DNA from: Eledone cirrhosa
Taxonomy: Eukaryota
Length of the DNA: 64,000 bases
Assembly: GCA_964016885.1 (NCBI GenBank)
Contig: OZ024764.1
Coordinates: forward strand, 14,632,001-14,696,000
Reading direction: 5' to 3'
Positions 14,201 to 26,800 of this stretch are shown piece after piece. A program made the translations under genes and the position numbers. The notes under the pieces were generated by a model. The model saw only the letters and a program-made list of their open reading frames with translations, was not told the origin of the DNA and made no database searches. Numbering within the stretch: position 1 is the first letter of the stretch; each line of letters opens with the position of its first letter.

Positions 14201-15148
14201 ATATATATATATGAGAGAGAGGTTACAGGCCCCCCAAAAAATACAAAAAGGTATTCAAATCTCTAAATTCTTTCTTTTTTCTCAGATGTCATTTGGTGGG
14301 ATACCAGGGTTTCATTTAGGGATGTGTTTACCTGACAGCTGCACTGAAAAAGATATGAACATTCTTATATACACAGGTAAGTAGTTATCTATAAACCTAC
14401 TAATATATATACACAGGTAAACATTTGTATATAAACTGATGGTTGGGTGCTACACAAGAATGCTGAGGATAGCTCTGAACATTAATCAGTATACACTGAG
14501 GATAAGGGGCTCGTACGGTAGCCTCCCAAATGTCAGCTCGATAGTTACACAGAGGAGACTGAGGTTAGCTGGACATGCTCACCGACATCCAGAGTTGACA
14601 CTGCACTCAGTGATTATGTGGGAGACCCTACACAGAGACATTGGAAGAGGGAGATCGAGGATATGTAGGTGTGTGTGTATATATATATATATGGTATTTT
14701 CTTCGGGGTTATAAGAGGCTTAGCTCTGTTTCTCGACCGTTATATCGCGTGACTATCTCCCCCTCCGCCTTTTGGGATTCTTTCTCACGTCGTGTAGACA
14801 CGTTCTTGAGGCTAGTAAAATGAGGTATCCTCTTGATAAGTCGGCAGACCTCACAAGGACTCTATATCTTTATGATGTATTGTTTTTGTTTATGCCACGA
14901 AACTACGTAGTCGAGGAATCTAGGAGCAGTTTAGGTATGATACATTTTATTACTAATTATATCTAAATGTTTCTTCCCTCTTCATAATGTATTTTTAACT
15001 CTGATACTGGTTCAGTCTGGTTCAACCGGATTGGTCTGTCCCAGTCATTCATTGAGCAACATCGGTGAGGTTGGCACCCTTAACTCACGGTTGGGTGTGG
15101 ATGCATTCATGTATATGTGTGTGTCCGCATGTATTTGTGTGTTTCTAA

Positions 15149-15185
<37 letters not shown>

Positions 15186-16493
15186 CTCGAGAGTAACACA
15201 GGAGACTGAGGTTAGCTGGACATGCTCACTAACATCCAGAGTTGACACTGCACTCAGTGGTCCTATGGGAACCCCTGCATTGACACACTGGAAGAGGGAG
15301 ACCGAGGTTAACATATGTTGATGTCCTAAGGGCAGTCACTGGTCTGTTGGAGACGCAGGACATGGCAGCGATAATGAGGGACAGAGACCGCTGGAGAGAA
15401 CTCGTCCATGGATCTCGGGAATTTTACCCGCCTTAGATAGAAAGATATATATATATATATATACGAATTAGCAACGGAGGTGGGTGCTCAGAAAGTACAA
15501 TAACTAGGGTAAGAACGGGATGGAAGAAGTTTAGGGAACTACTACCACTGCTAGCTGCAAAAGGCTTCTCCCTCAGAATGAAAGGCAGACTGTATGATGC
15601 GTGTATCCGAACAGCGATGTTGCATGGTAGTGAGACCTGGGCGCTGAAGGTGGAAGACTTACGTAGATTAGAGAGAAACGAAGCCTGCATGCTCCGATGG
15701 ATGTGTAACAGTAATATACGTGAACGACAAAGCATAAATGAATTGAGAGAGAGACTGAGCATAAGAGGAATCAAATGCTGCGTGCAGGAGAGGCGGTTAC
15801 GCTGGTATGGACATGTGATGCGTATGAAGGATGACAGCTGCATAAAAAGGTGCAGAGCACTAGAAGTTGATGGAAACCGCGGAGTGGGGAGACCCAAGAT
15901 GACTTGGGATGAGGTGATAAAAGCCGACCTTACCCAACTACACCTCTCAAAGTCAATGACACACGACCGTGACTTCTGGCGTCACGCAGTAATACAGGGT
16001 ACCCGACCTCCCATGGGTACATGCTGAAGCATATAAACAATATGCCCCCCCCCCCCACCGCAAGGTGGTCGTGGAGGTGCCACGGCAAAAAAGCACCCAG
16101 CCCACACTGTAAAGTGGACGTGTAGGCGCCACGAAAAAGCACCCAGCACTCACTGTAAATGAGGTTGGTGTTAGGAAGGGCATCCAGCTGTAGAAATCAA
16201 GCCAGATCAGTTCCTGTATGAGCAAGGCATGGTCAGCCGACCAGACACTGCCCACAACAGGACAACCCGTCTAACCCATGCTAGCGTGGAAGAACGGACG
16301 TAAAACGGTGATGATGATGATGATGATACACCATCTTCCATGCGAGCATGGGTTAGACGGGAATCGTCCCACTTGAGGCAAGATTGGTTGGGTGATACAA
16401 GCGAGACACGGTAAGCCGACCAATCTTGCCTCAAGTGGGACAATTCCCGTCTAACCCATGCTAGCGTGGAAGATGGACGTTAAACGATGATGA

Positions 16494-16533
<40 letters not shown>

Positions 16534-16552
16534 TGGTTAACAGTTGTATATA

Positions 16553-16590
<38 letters not shown>

Positions 16591-16662
16591 CACACTGGTT
16601 AATAGTAGTATATAAACATAGTTATATATATATATGTACACGCTGGTTAACATTTGTATATG

Positions 16663-16705
<43 letters not shown>

Positions 16706-16862
16706 GGAGCTTCTACAGGACTAGTACTGTTTCATTCAGATGAAATCTTCAGGAAGCTCCTTATAAAATAAAATAAAATAAAATAAAATAAAAAAATTTT
16801 ACTCTGCCATGTATTGAGTACCTTACTTACTGTGGTTATCCCCGACTCAACCCGGGACCTAC

Positions 16863-16900
<38 letters not shown>

Positions 16901-17057
16901 CTCTGAGGATACAGTGGTCACAGCATTTGATAATTGAGTTTTGCAAATAGTTATAAATTTGCACATAGCATAACTAGGCTGTATAACCACCGTGGAAACA
17001 TCTGTAAGCACATGGAATAAATTACCTTTTTATGATGTCTACCTGTTATTATTCATT

Positions 17058-17141
<84 letters not shown>

Positions 17142-17706
17142 TCATCATCATCATCATCAACGTTTAACGTCCGTGTTCCACGCTTGCATGGGTTTGGACG
17201 GGGGTAGTCCCACTTGAGGCAAGAGTGATTGTCTTGCTCGCATAGGACTGTCTGGCAGGTTTTCTACAGTTGGATGCCCTTCCTAACACCAACCACATTT
17301 ACAGTGTGGGTCTGGGAGGTTTTTACCGTGTTGCCTACACGTCCACATTACAGCGTGGACTGTGTGTTTTTTTGTTGTGACACCTACACGATCTCATTTG
17401 TTTCGGCCTGGATGGCGCGGCACCAACATAACTTTACATAGAACGGGGTGGTGTGGATGGGGTGGGGGTGGTGGCGGGACGGGGTGTATTTTGTTAGAGA
17501 TGCCTACTGGCAATATATATATAATATATATATATATATATTATAAGAATAGTTTAAAGTTTAACCCTTAAGGGTGAAATCAACGATTCTTTGCTTAAAC
17601 TTTAATCTGTTCATATAATAAATATTTGATCTACGGATTTATATATATATGTATATATATAAACCTTATCGAGCCCTCTTCGGATTTTAGTCTTCACATT
17701 TATTAT

Positions 17707-17770
<64 letters not shown>

Positions 17771-17813
17771 GAAAGGTATAGAAAGTATTGTAGCAAGAAG
17801 CCAACAGTATTCC

Positions 17814-17856
<43 letters not shown>

Positions 17857-20800
17857 TATAATGAAGCAAGCATGCTCCATTGGATGTGCAATGTCAATGA
17901 GCGTGAACAACAAAGCATAGATGAGTTGAGAGTGAAACTGTGTATAAGAGGGATAAACTGTAGTGTGCGGGAGAGAAGACTGCGATGGTATGGACATGTG
18001 ATGTGTTGAGAGAGAAACTGTATAAGAGGGATAAACTGTAGTGTGTGGGAGAGAAGACTGAGATGGTATGGACATGTGATGTGTTGAGAGTGAAACTGTG
18101 TATAAGAGGATAAACTGTAGTGTGCGGGAGAGAAGACTGCGATGGTATGGACATGTGATGTGTTGAGAGAGTAACTGTGTATAAGAGGGATAAACTGTAG
18201 TGTGCGGGGGAGAAGACTGCGATGGTATGGACATGTGATGTGTTGAGAGAGAAATTGTGTATAAGAGGGATAAACTGTAGTGTGCGGGGGAGAAGACTGC
18301 GATAGTATGGACATGTGATGTGTTGAGAGAGAAACTGTGTATAAGAGGGATAAACTGTAGTGTGCGGGGGAGAAGACTGCGATGGTATGGACATGTGATG
18401 TGTTGAGAGAGAAACTGTGTATAAGAGGGATAAACTGTAGTGTGTGGGAGAGAAGACTGCGATGGTATGGACATGTGATGCGCATGGAGGATGACCGCTG
18501 GGTAAAGAAGTGCCAAGAAATGCCAGTTGAAGAAAGGCGCAGTAGAGGTAGACCACGAAAAACATGGGTGGAGGTGGTGAGAGCAGACCTCAGATTGCTG
18601 AAGCTCACGGAGGAGATGACGAAGGACCGTGACAAGTGGAGAGAAGCTGTGCAGATTAGGACCCGTCCCACCCTTGCAAGCAGGGAAAAGTGGACGTAAA
18701 ATGATGATGACGGAACATAGTTACATATATGCTGAACAAAGAGAAAGATGAGTTAGTGGGGGTTTCTGAAGGAATAGATATGTTGTGTATATTACCATTT
18801 GAATGGGTGTTTTTCAGGTATTCACCTTTTGCCCTTCAAGGCCACCCAAAACCTCACAGCTTACGTAACATGTGAACATCAGCCTGACTACGATGGTAAG
18901 GCCATCTTTTCGATGTAAGTATTACTTCCATTCTTTCCCTGACCACTGTCCATAGTAATCATTTCATTAACTGACCTCTGGTGTTAGCATTCTTTTTGTC
19001 AAATGTTTGTGTTGTTGTTATTGTTGAGTCCAGTGGATAATGGACTTTACCCTCCCGAAAAAATTGTTGGCCTTGTGCCTAAATCAGAAACCATTTTTAT
19101 TATTATTTCCTTGGAATCTCAGTCATTGATGTGATTTAACTGGGAAAGTTTGTTCAAATGAACATCAAGCCACTACCTGTAGCCTCAGATATTCAGGACG
19201 TATCGGAGGGTTGTTGCTGTTCCCAGCAAGCATGTCTTTTGAAATGTTCCAAAAAAAGGGCAGCTGGACTAATGTTCTTTAACCATCCTTGAAAACTCTT
19301 TGAGATAGTACCTAGTGCTCCTATGACAATCGGGAAGACCTTGATCTCATGACAGTCTCAAATCCTTTTTAATTCCCACTTTAAATCCTGGTATCAGTTA
19401 ATTTTCTCCTTTTCCTTTTTTTGCACCCTTGTGTCAAAGGGGCAAGCTACATCTATAATTAAGCAAGATCGTTTTACCTTGTTAAAAACCACCAGGTCAG
19501 GCCAGTTGTGTTCTAATTTCTTGTCTGTCTGTATCCTAAAATCCCATAGCACCTTCACTCAATCGTTTTCTATCACTGAATGGAGGCACGTGGCTCAGTG
19601 GTTAGAGCATTGGCCTTGCAATCGAAAGGTTGTGAGTTCAATTCTCAGACCGGGTGATGTGTTGTTTCCTTGAGCAAGACACTTTATTTCACATTGCTCC
19701 AGTTTACTCAGCTGTAGAAATGAGATGATAGGGACTGGGGTCCCTATCATTCCACTGCAAAGTGGTCGTGGAGGTGCCACGGCAAAAAAGCACCCAGCAC
19801 TCACTGTAAAGTGGTCGTGGAGGTGCCACGGCAAAAAAGCACCCAGCACTCACTGTAAAGTGGTCGTGGAGGTGCCACGGCAAAAAAGCACCCAGCACTC
19901 ACTGTAAAGTGGTCGTGGAGGTGCCACGGCAAAAAGACCACCCAGCACTCACTGTAAAGTGGTCGTGGAGGTGCCACGGCAAAAAAGCACCCAGCACTCA
20001 CTGTAAAGTGGTCGTGGAGGTGCCACGGCAAAAAGACCACCCAGCACTCACTGTAAAGTGGTCGTGGAGGTGCCACGGCAAAAAGACCACCCAGCACTCA
20101 CTGTAAAGTGGTCGTGGAGGTGCCACGGCAAAAAGACCACCCAGCACTCACTGTAAAGTGGTCGTGGAGGTGCCACGGCAAAAAGACCACCCAGCACTCA
20201 CTGTAAAGTGGTCGTGGAGGTGCCACGGCAAAAAAGCACCCAGCACTCACTGTAAAGTGGTCGTGGAGGTGCCACGGCAAAAAGACCACCCAGCACTCAC
20301 TGTAAAGTGGTCGTGGAGGTGCCACGGCAAAAAAACCACCCAGCCCACACTGTAAAGTGGTCGTGGAGGTGCCACGGCAAAAAAGCACCCAGCACTCACT
20401 GTAGTTTACATGAATAGCAGCGAATCACTTTTCCTATTATGTTGTGACTCCATCCTTTAGAGTGTGTCTGCACTAGGTGTTTACACTTGGATACGATGTG
20501 AACCACAGTTTCTACTCTTTCTCTCCACAGATCCTACAAAGTCGATAAAATAAAGTACCAGTAATGTACTGGGGTAATTGCTGGCCTTGTGCCAAAAAGT
20601 AGAAACAATTATTACGGGCAGTGGATTGGCAGTATCGGTAGAGGGGGTCGGATGCCATGCTTTGCAGCACAGAGTTACGGCCCTTTACGGTCTGAGTTCA
20701 AATCCCGCCGAAGTTAACTTTGCCTTTCATCTTTACAGGGGTCGATAAAATAAAGTACCAGTAATGTACTGGGGTAACTGGTGGCCTTGTGCCAAAAAGT

Positions 20801-23800
20801 AGAAACAATTATTACGGGCAGTGGATTGGCAGTATCGGTAGAGGGGGTCGGATGCCATGCTTTGCAGCACAGAGTTACGGCCCTTTACGGTCTGAGTTCA
20901 AATCCCGCCGAAGTTAACTTTGCCTTTCATCTTTACAGGGGTCGATAAAATAAAGTACCAGTAATGTACTGGGATCGATATAATCGACCCCCCCCCCCCC
21001 CCGACCCCCCCCCCCCCCCGACCCCCCCCCCCCCCCCCCCCCCGACCCCCCCCGCTCCAAAAAAAAAAATAAAAAATTACTTACTGGCTTTGTTGCCTAT
21101 ATTAGAAATAATTGTTGTTGTTATTGTTGTTGTTGTTGTTATTTTCAGTGTTGCCAGTTCTCTGTTCCTACTGATAATTGTGTCGGCAACCTTGTATGAT
21201 ATCGGCAGAAGATGTTTACATTCCCAAAACAAAGAAGACGACGATATCCCGATGAAAAATGGTGGATTACCCACTGAAAATGGAATAGGGAGTAAGCTGA
21301 ATTTGGTGAAGTCAAATGAAGGAGATGAACCAAGTAATTATTCTTTTTTGTTTGTTTGTTTCGTGGGGGGGGGGGGGGGTAAGCGGGTAGGGGAAGGGGC
21401 TGTGACTACATTAGATAATGTAGTCCTAGGTAGACTGTGTCTGTATATAAGACAGGACACATTAGATAATGTAGTCATAGATAGACTGTGTCTGTATATA
21501 AGACAGGACACATTAGATAATGTAGTCCTAGGTACACTGTGTCTGTATGTAAGACAGGACACATTAGATAATGTAGTCATAGATAGACTGTGTCTGTATA
21601 TAAGACAGGACACATTAGATAATGTAGTCCTAGATACACTGTGTCTGTATATAAGACAGGGAACATTAGATAATGTAGTCCTAGGTAGATTGTGTCTGTA
21701 TATAAGACAGGACACATTAGATAATGTAGTTCTAGATACACTGTGTCTGTATATAAGACAGGGAACATTAGATAATGTAGTCCTAGGTAGATTGTGTCTG
21801 TATATAAGACAGGACACATTAGATAATGTAGTCCTAGGTACACTGTGTCTGTATATAAGACAGGGAACATTAGATAATGTAGTCCTAGGTAGATTGTGTC
21901 TGTATATAAGACAGGACACATTAGATAATGTAGTCCTAGATACACTGTGTCTGTATATAAGACAGGACACATTAGATAATGTAGTCCTAGGTACACTGTG
22001 TCTGTATGTAAGACAGGACACATTAGATAATGTAGTCATAGATAGACTGTGTCTGTATATAAGACAGGACACATTAGATAATGTAGTCCTAGATACACTG
22101 TGTCTGTATATAAGACAGGACACATTAGATAATGTAGTCATAGATAGACTGTGTCTGTATATAAGACAGGACACATTAGATAATGTAGTCCTAGGTACAC
22201 TGTGTCTGTATGTAAGACAGGACACATTAGATAATGTAGTCATAGATAGACTGTGTCTGTATATAAGACAGGACACATTAGATAATGTAGTCCTAGATAC
22301 ACTGTGTCTGTATATAAGACAGGGAACATTAGATAATGTAGTCCTAGGTAGATTGTGTCTGTATATAAGACAGGACACATTAGATAATGTAGTTCTAGAT
22401 ACACTGTGTCTGTATATAAGACAGGGAACATTAGATAATGTAGTCCTAGGTAGATTGTGTCTGTATATAAGACAGGACACATTAGATAATGTAGTCCTAG
22501 GTACACTGTGTCTGTATATAAGACAGGGAACATTAGATAATGTAGTCCTAGGTAGATTGTGTCTGTATATAAGACAGGACACATTAGATAATGTAGTCCT
22601 AGATACACTGTGTCTGTATATAAGACAGGACACATTAGATAATGTAGTCCTAGGTAGACTGTGTCTGTATATAAGACAGGACACATTAGATAATGTAGTC
22701 CTAGGTACACTGTGTCTGTATGTAAGACAGGACACATTAGATAATGTAGTTCTAGATATACTGTGTCTGTATATAAGACAGGGCACATTAGATAATGTAG
22801 TCCTAGATACACTGTGTCTGTATATAAGACAGGACACATTAGATAATGTAGTCCTAGATATACTGTGTCTGTATGTAAGACAGGAGACATTAGATAATGT
22901 AGTCCTAGATACACTGTGTCTGTATATAAGACAGGACACATTAGATAATGTAGTCCTAGATAGACTGTGTCTGTATATAAGACAGGACACATTAGATAAT
23001 GTAGTCCTAGATACACTGTGTCTGTATATAAGACAGGACACATTAGATAATGTAGTCCTAGATATACTGTGTCTGTATATGACAGGACACATTAGATAAT
23101 GTAGTCCTAGATATACTGTGTCTGTATATAAGACAGGACACATTAGATAATGTAGTCCTAGATATACTGTGTCTGTATATAAGACAGAAGACATTAGATA
23201 GTGTAGTCCTTGATACACTGTGTCTGTATATAAGACAGTACACATTAGATAGTGTAGTCCTAGATACACTGTGTCTGTATATAAGACAGTACACATTAGA
23301 TAATGTAGTCCTAGATATACTGTGTCTGTATATAAGACAGGACACATTAGATAATGTAGTCCTAGATATACTGTGTCTGTATATAAGACAGAAGACATTA
23401 GATAGTGTAGTCCTAGATACACTGTGTCTGTATATAAGACAGAAGACATTAGATAGTGTAGTCCTAGATACACTGTGTCTGTATATAAGACAGGACACAT
23501 TAGATAGTGTAGTCCTAGATACACTGTGTCTGTATATAAGACAGTACACATTAGATAATGTAGTCCTAGGTACACTGTGTCTGTATATAAGACAGGACAC
23601 ATTAGATAATGTAGTCCTAGATACACTGTGTCTGTATATAAGACAGGACACATTATTGATTACCATTAATTTACCATTAATTTGACGCATAGAGTTACGG
23701 CTCTTGCCATACTGGGTTCAAATCCCGCCGAGGTTAACTTTGCATTTCATCCTTACGGGGTCGATAAAATAAAGTACCAGTAATTTACTGGGTAATTGCT

Positions 23801-26800
23801 GGCCTTGTGCCAATAGTAGAAACAATTAATTTACCATTATTTACAATTGTTTGCAATTAATTTTGCCATTGATTTCGCCATTAATTTTCCCATTAATTTA
23901 CCATTATTTACAATTGTTTACAATTAATTTTACCATTGATTTCGCCATTAATTTACCATTATTTACAATTGTTTACAATTAATTTTACCATTGATTTCGC
24001 CATTAATTTACCATTATTTACAATTGTTTACAATTAATTTTACCATTGATTTCGCCATTAATTTACCATTATTTACAATTGTTTACAATTAATTTTACCA
24101 TTGATTTCGCCATTAATTTACCATTATTTACAATTGTTTACAATTAATTTTACCATTGATTTCGCCATTAATTTACCATTATTTACAATTGTTTACAATT
24201 AATTTTACCATTGATTTCGCCATTAATTTACCATTATTTACAATTGTTTACAATTAATTTTACCATTGATTTCGCCATTAATTTACCATTACTTACAATT
24301 GTTTACAATTAATTTTACCATTGATTTCGCATTAATTTACCATTATTTACAATTGTTTACAATTAATTTTACCATTGATTTCGCCATTAATTTACCATTA
24401 TTTACAATTGTTTACAATTAATTTTACCATTGATTTCGCATTAATTTACCATTATTTACAATTGTTTACAATTAATTTTACCATTGATTTCGCATTAATT
24501 TACCATTATTTACAATTGTTTACAATTAATTTTACCATTGATTTCGCATTAATTTACCATTATTTACAATTGTTTACAATTAATTTTACCATTGATTTCG
24601 CATTAATTTACCATTATTTACAATTGTTTACAATTAATTTTACCATTGATTTCGCATTAATTTATCATTATTTACAATTGTTTACAATTAATTTTACCAT
24701 TGATTTCGCCATTAATTTACCATTATTTACAATTGTTTACAATTAATTTTACCATTGATTTCGCCATTAATTTACCATTATTTACAATTGTTTACAATTA
24801 ATTTTACCATTGATTTCGCCATTAATTTACCATTATTTACAATTGTTTACAATTAATTTTACCATTGATTTCGCCATTAATTTACCATTATTTACAATTG
24901 TTTACAATTAATTTTACCATTGATTTCGCCATTAATTTACCATTATTTACAATTGTTTACAATTAATTTTACCATTGATTTCGCCATTAATTTACCATTA
25001 TTTACAATTGTTTACAATTAATTTTACCATTGATTTTGCCATTAATTGTCCCATTAATTTACAATTGTTTACAATTAATTTTACCATTAATTTTACCATT
25101 AATTTTACCATTGATTTCGCCATTAATTTCCCATTAATTTTACTATACATTTTGCAATTAATTTCTCATTACTTTTACCATTTCCAGGTCTGGCAGGGAA
25201 AATCCTCTTGAGTTTCTCAGTTTACCATAATGGCAGTAAATTCTTGAACACTAACCAAGCTGAAGGAACCCTACACTGTGTCCATGGGGTTCGATTCCTC
25301 AGCATGACCTGGGTCTTGTTAGGGCATGTATATGTCTTCGGTATATCGATTTTCAGTAAGTGATTTTTATTAATTTTATTATTTTAATCATCATCATTAC
25401 CATCGTCATCATCATCATCATCATCATCATTTTAAGTCTGCTGTTCCATGATGGTGGTGGTGATGATGATGGTGATGGTGTTGATGTTGATGGTGATAGT
25501 GGCGTTGATGGTGATGGTGGTGATGATGTTGATGATGATAGTGGCGTTGATGGTGGTGGTGATGATGATGGTGATGGTGTTGATGTTGATGGTGATAGTG
25601 GCGTTGATGGTGGTGGTGATGGTGATGATGGTGATGGTGGTGATGATGGTGATGATGGTGGTGATGATGGTGATGGTGGTGGTGGTGATGGTGATGACGG
25701 CGGTGGTGGTGATTATGGTGATGCTGAATATAGTGATGATGGTGATGATGAGGGTGATGGTAGTGGCGTTGATGGTGGCGTTGATGGTGGTGGTGATGAT
25801 GATGATGGTGGTGGCGTTGATGGTGGTGATGATAATGATGATGGTGGTGGTGGTGGTGGAAATGGTGGTGGTGGTGGTGGTGATGTAGTGTTGATAATGG
25901 TGATGATGATGGTGGTGATGGTGGTGATGATGGTGATAGTGATGGTGGTGATGGTGATGATGGTGATGATGGTGGTGATGATGGTGGTGATGATGGTGAT
26001 GATGGTGATGGTGATGATGGTGATGGTGGTGGTGGTGGTGGTGATGATGGTGATGATGGTGGTGATGATGGTGGTGATGATGGTGATGATGGTGGTGGTG
26101 GTGATGGTGATGGTGGTGGTGGTGGTGGTGATGGTGATGATGGTGATGATGGTGATAGTGATGGTGGTGATGGTGATGGTGGTGGTGGTGGTGGTGGTGA
26201 TGATGGTGATGATGATGGTGGTGGTGGTGGTGGTGATGGTGATGATGGTGGTGATGATGGTGGTGGTGGCGTTGATGATGGTGATGGTGATGATGATGAT
26301 GATGGTGATGGTGGTGGTGGTGGCGTTGATGATGGTGATGGTGATGATGGTGATGATGATGGTGATGGTGATGATGGTGGTGGATAGATAGTTTAATAGT
26401 TCTGTTGTCTCTCCCACCATGCCCCCCTCCGCAGGAAACCCTCTCGATCTGGTGGAATTGATGAAGCTATTTACCTTCCAAGCCATCGGCAATGCCACAG
26501 TATCTGTTGATTCCTTCTTCCTGCTCAGGTAGCGACATGTTTTTATTTTTGTTCTTCTTCTTTTGTTTTGTTTTGTTAACTTTTCTTCCCACACCCACTG
26601 CTACCCCCACTATCCTCTTTCCTCCTTCCTCCTCTCTTTTTCTTTCTCTGCTCCTCGTCTTCTTTTCTCTCCTTCTCCCGCTCCTCTTCCTGTCACTCCT
26701 TCCCCTCTCTCCTCTTCCTTCATCTCAACCGCCCCCTCCTCTATCTCCTCTTCCTTTCTCTCCTTCTCCCCCCTCTCCTCTCCCCCTCCTCCTCTCTCTC

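Noticed and set aside
17655-17700. CCGAAGAGGGCTCGATAAGG (minus strand; related copy at ~36605-36640) as a minimal hammerhead
   Set aside because: Both core motifs are mismatched and no stem I or III could be found.
19581-19655. tRNA genes at SINE heads (also 35389, ~45430-45500, ~61915-61950)
   Set aside because: A/B boxes are present, but there is no complete cloverleaf and the sequences continue into SINE bodies.
20964-23690. 711/771-aa ORFs with a 17-aa Leu/Cys-rich period resembling LRRs
   Set aside because: They are translations of a 51-bp minisatellite open on both strands; only exon 5 is real.
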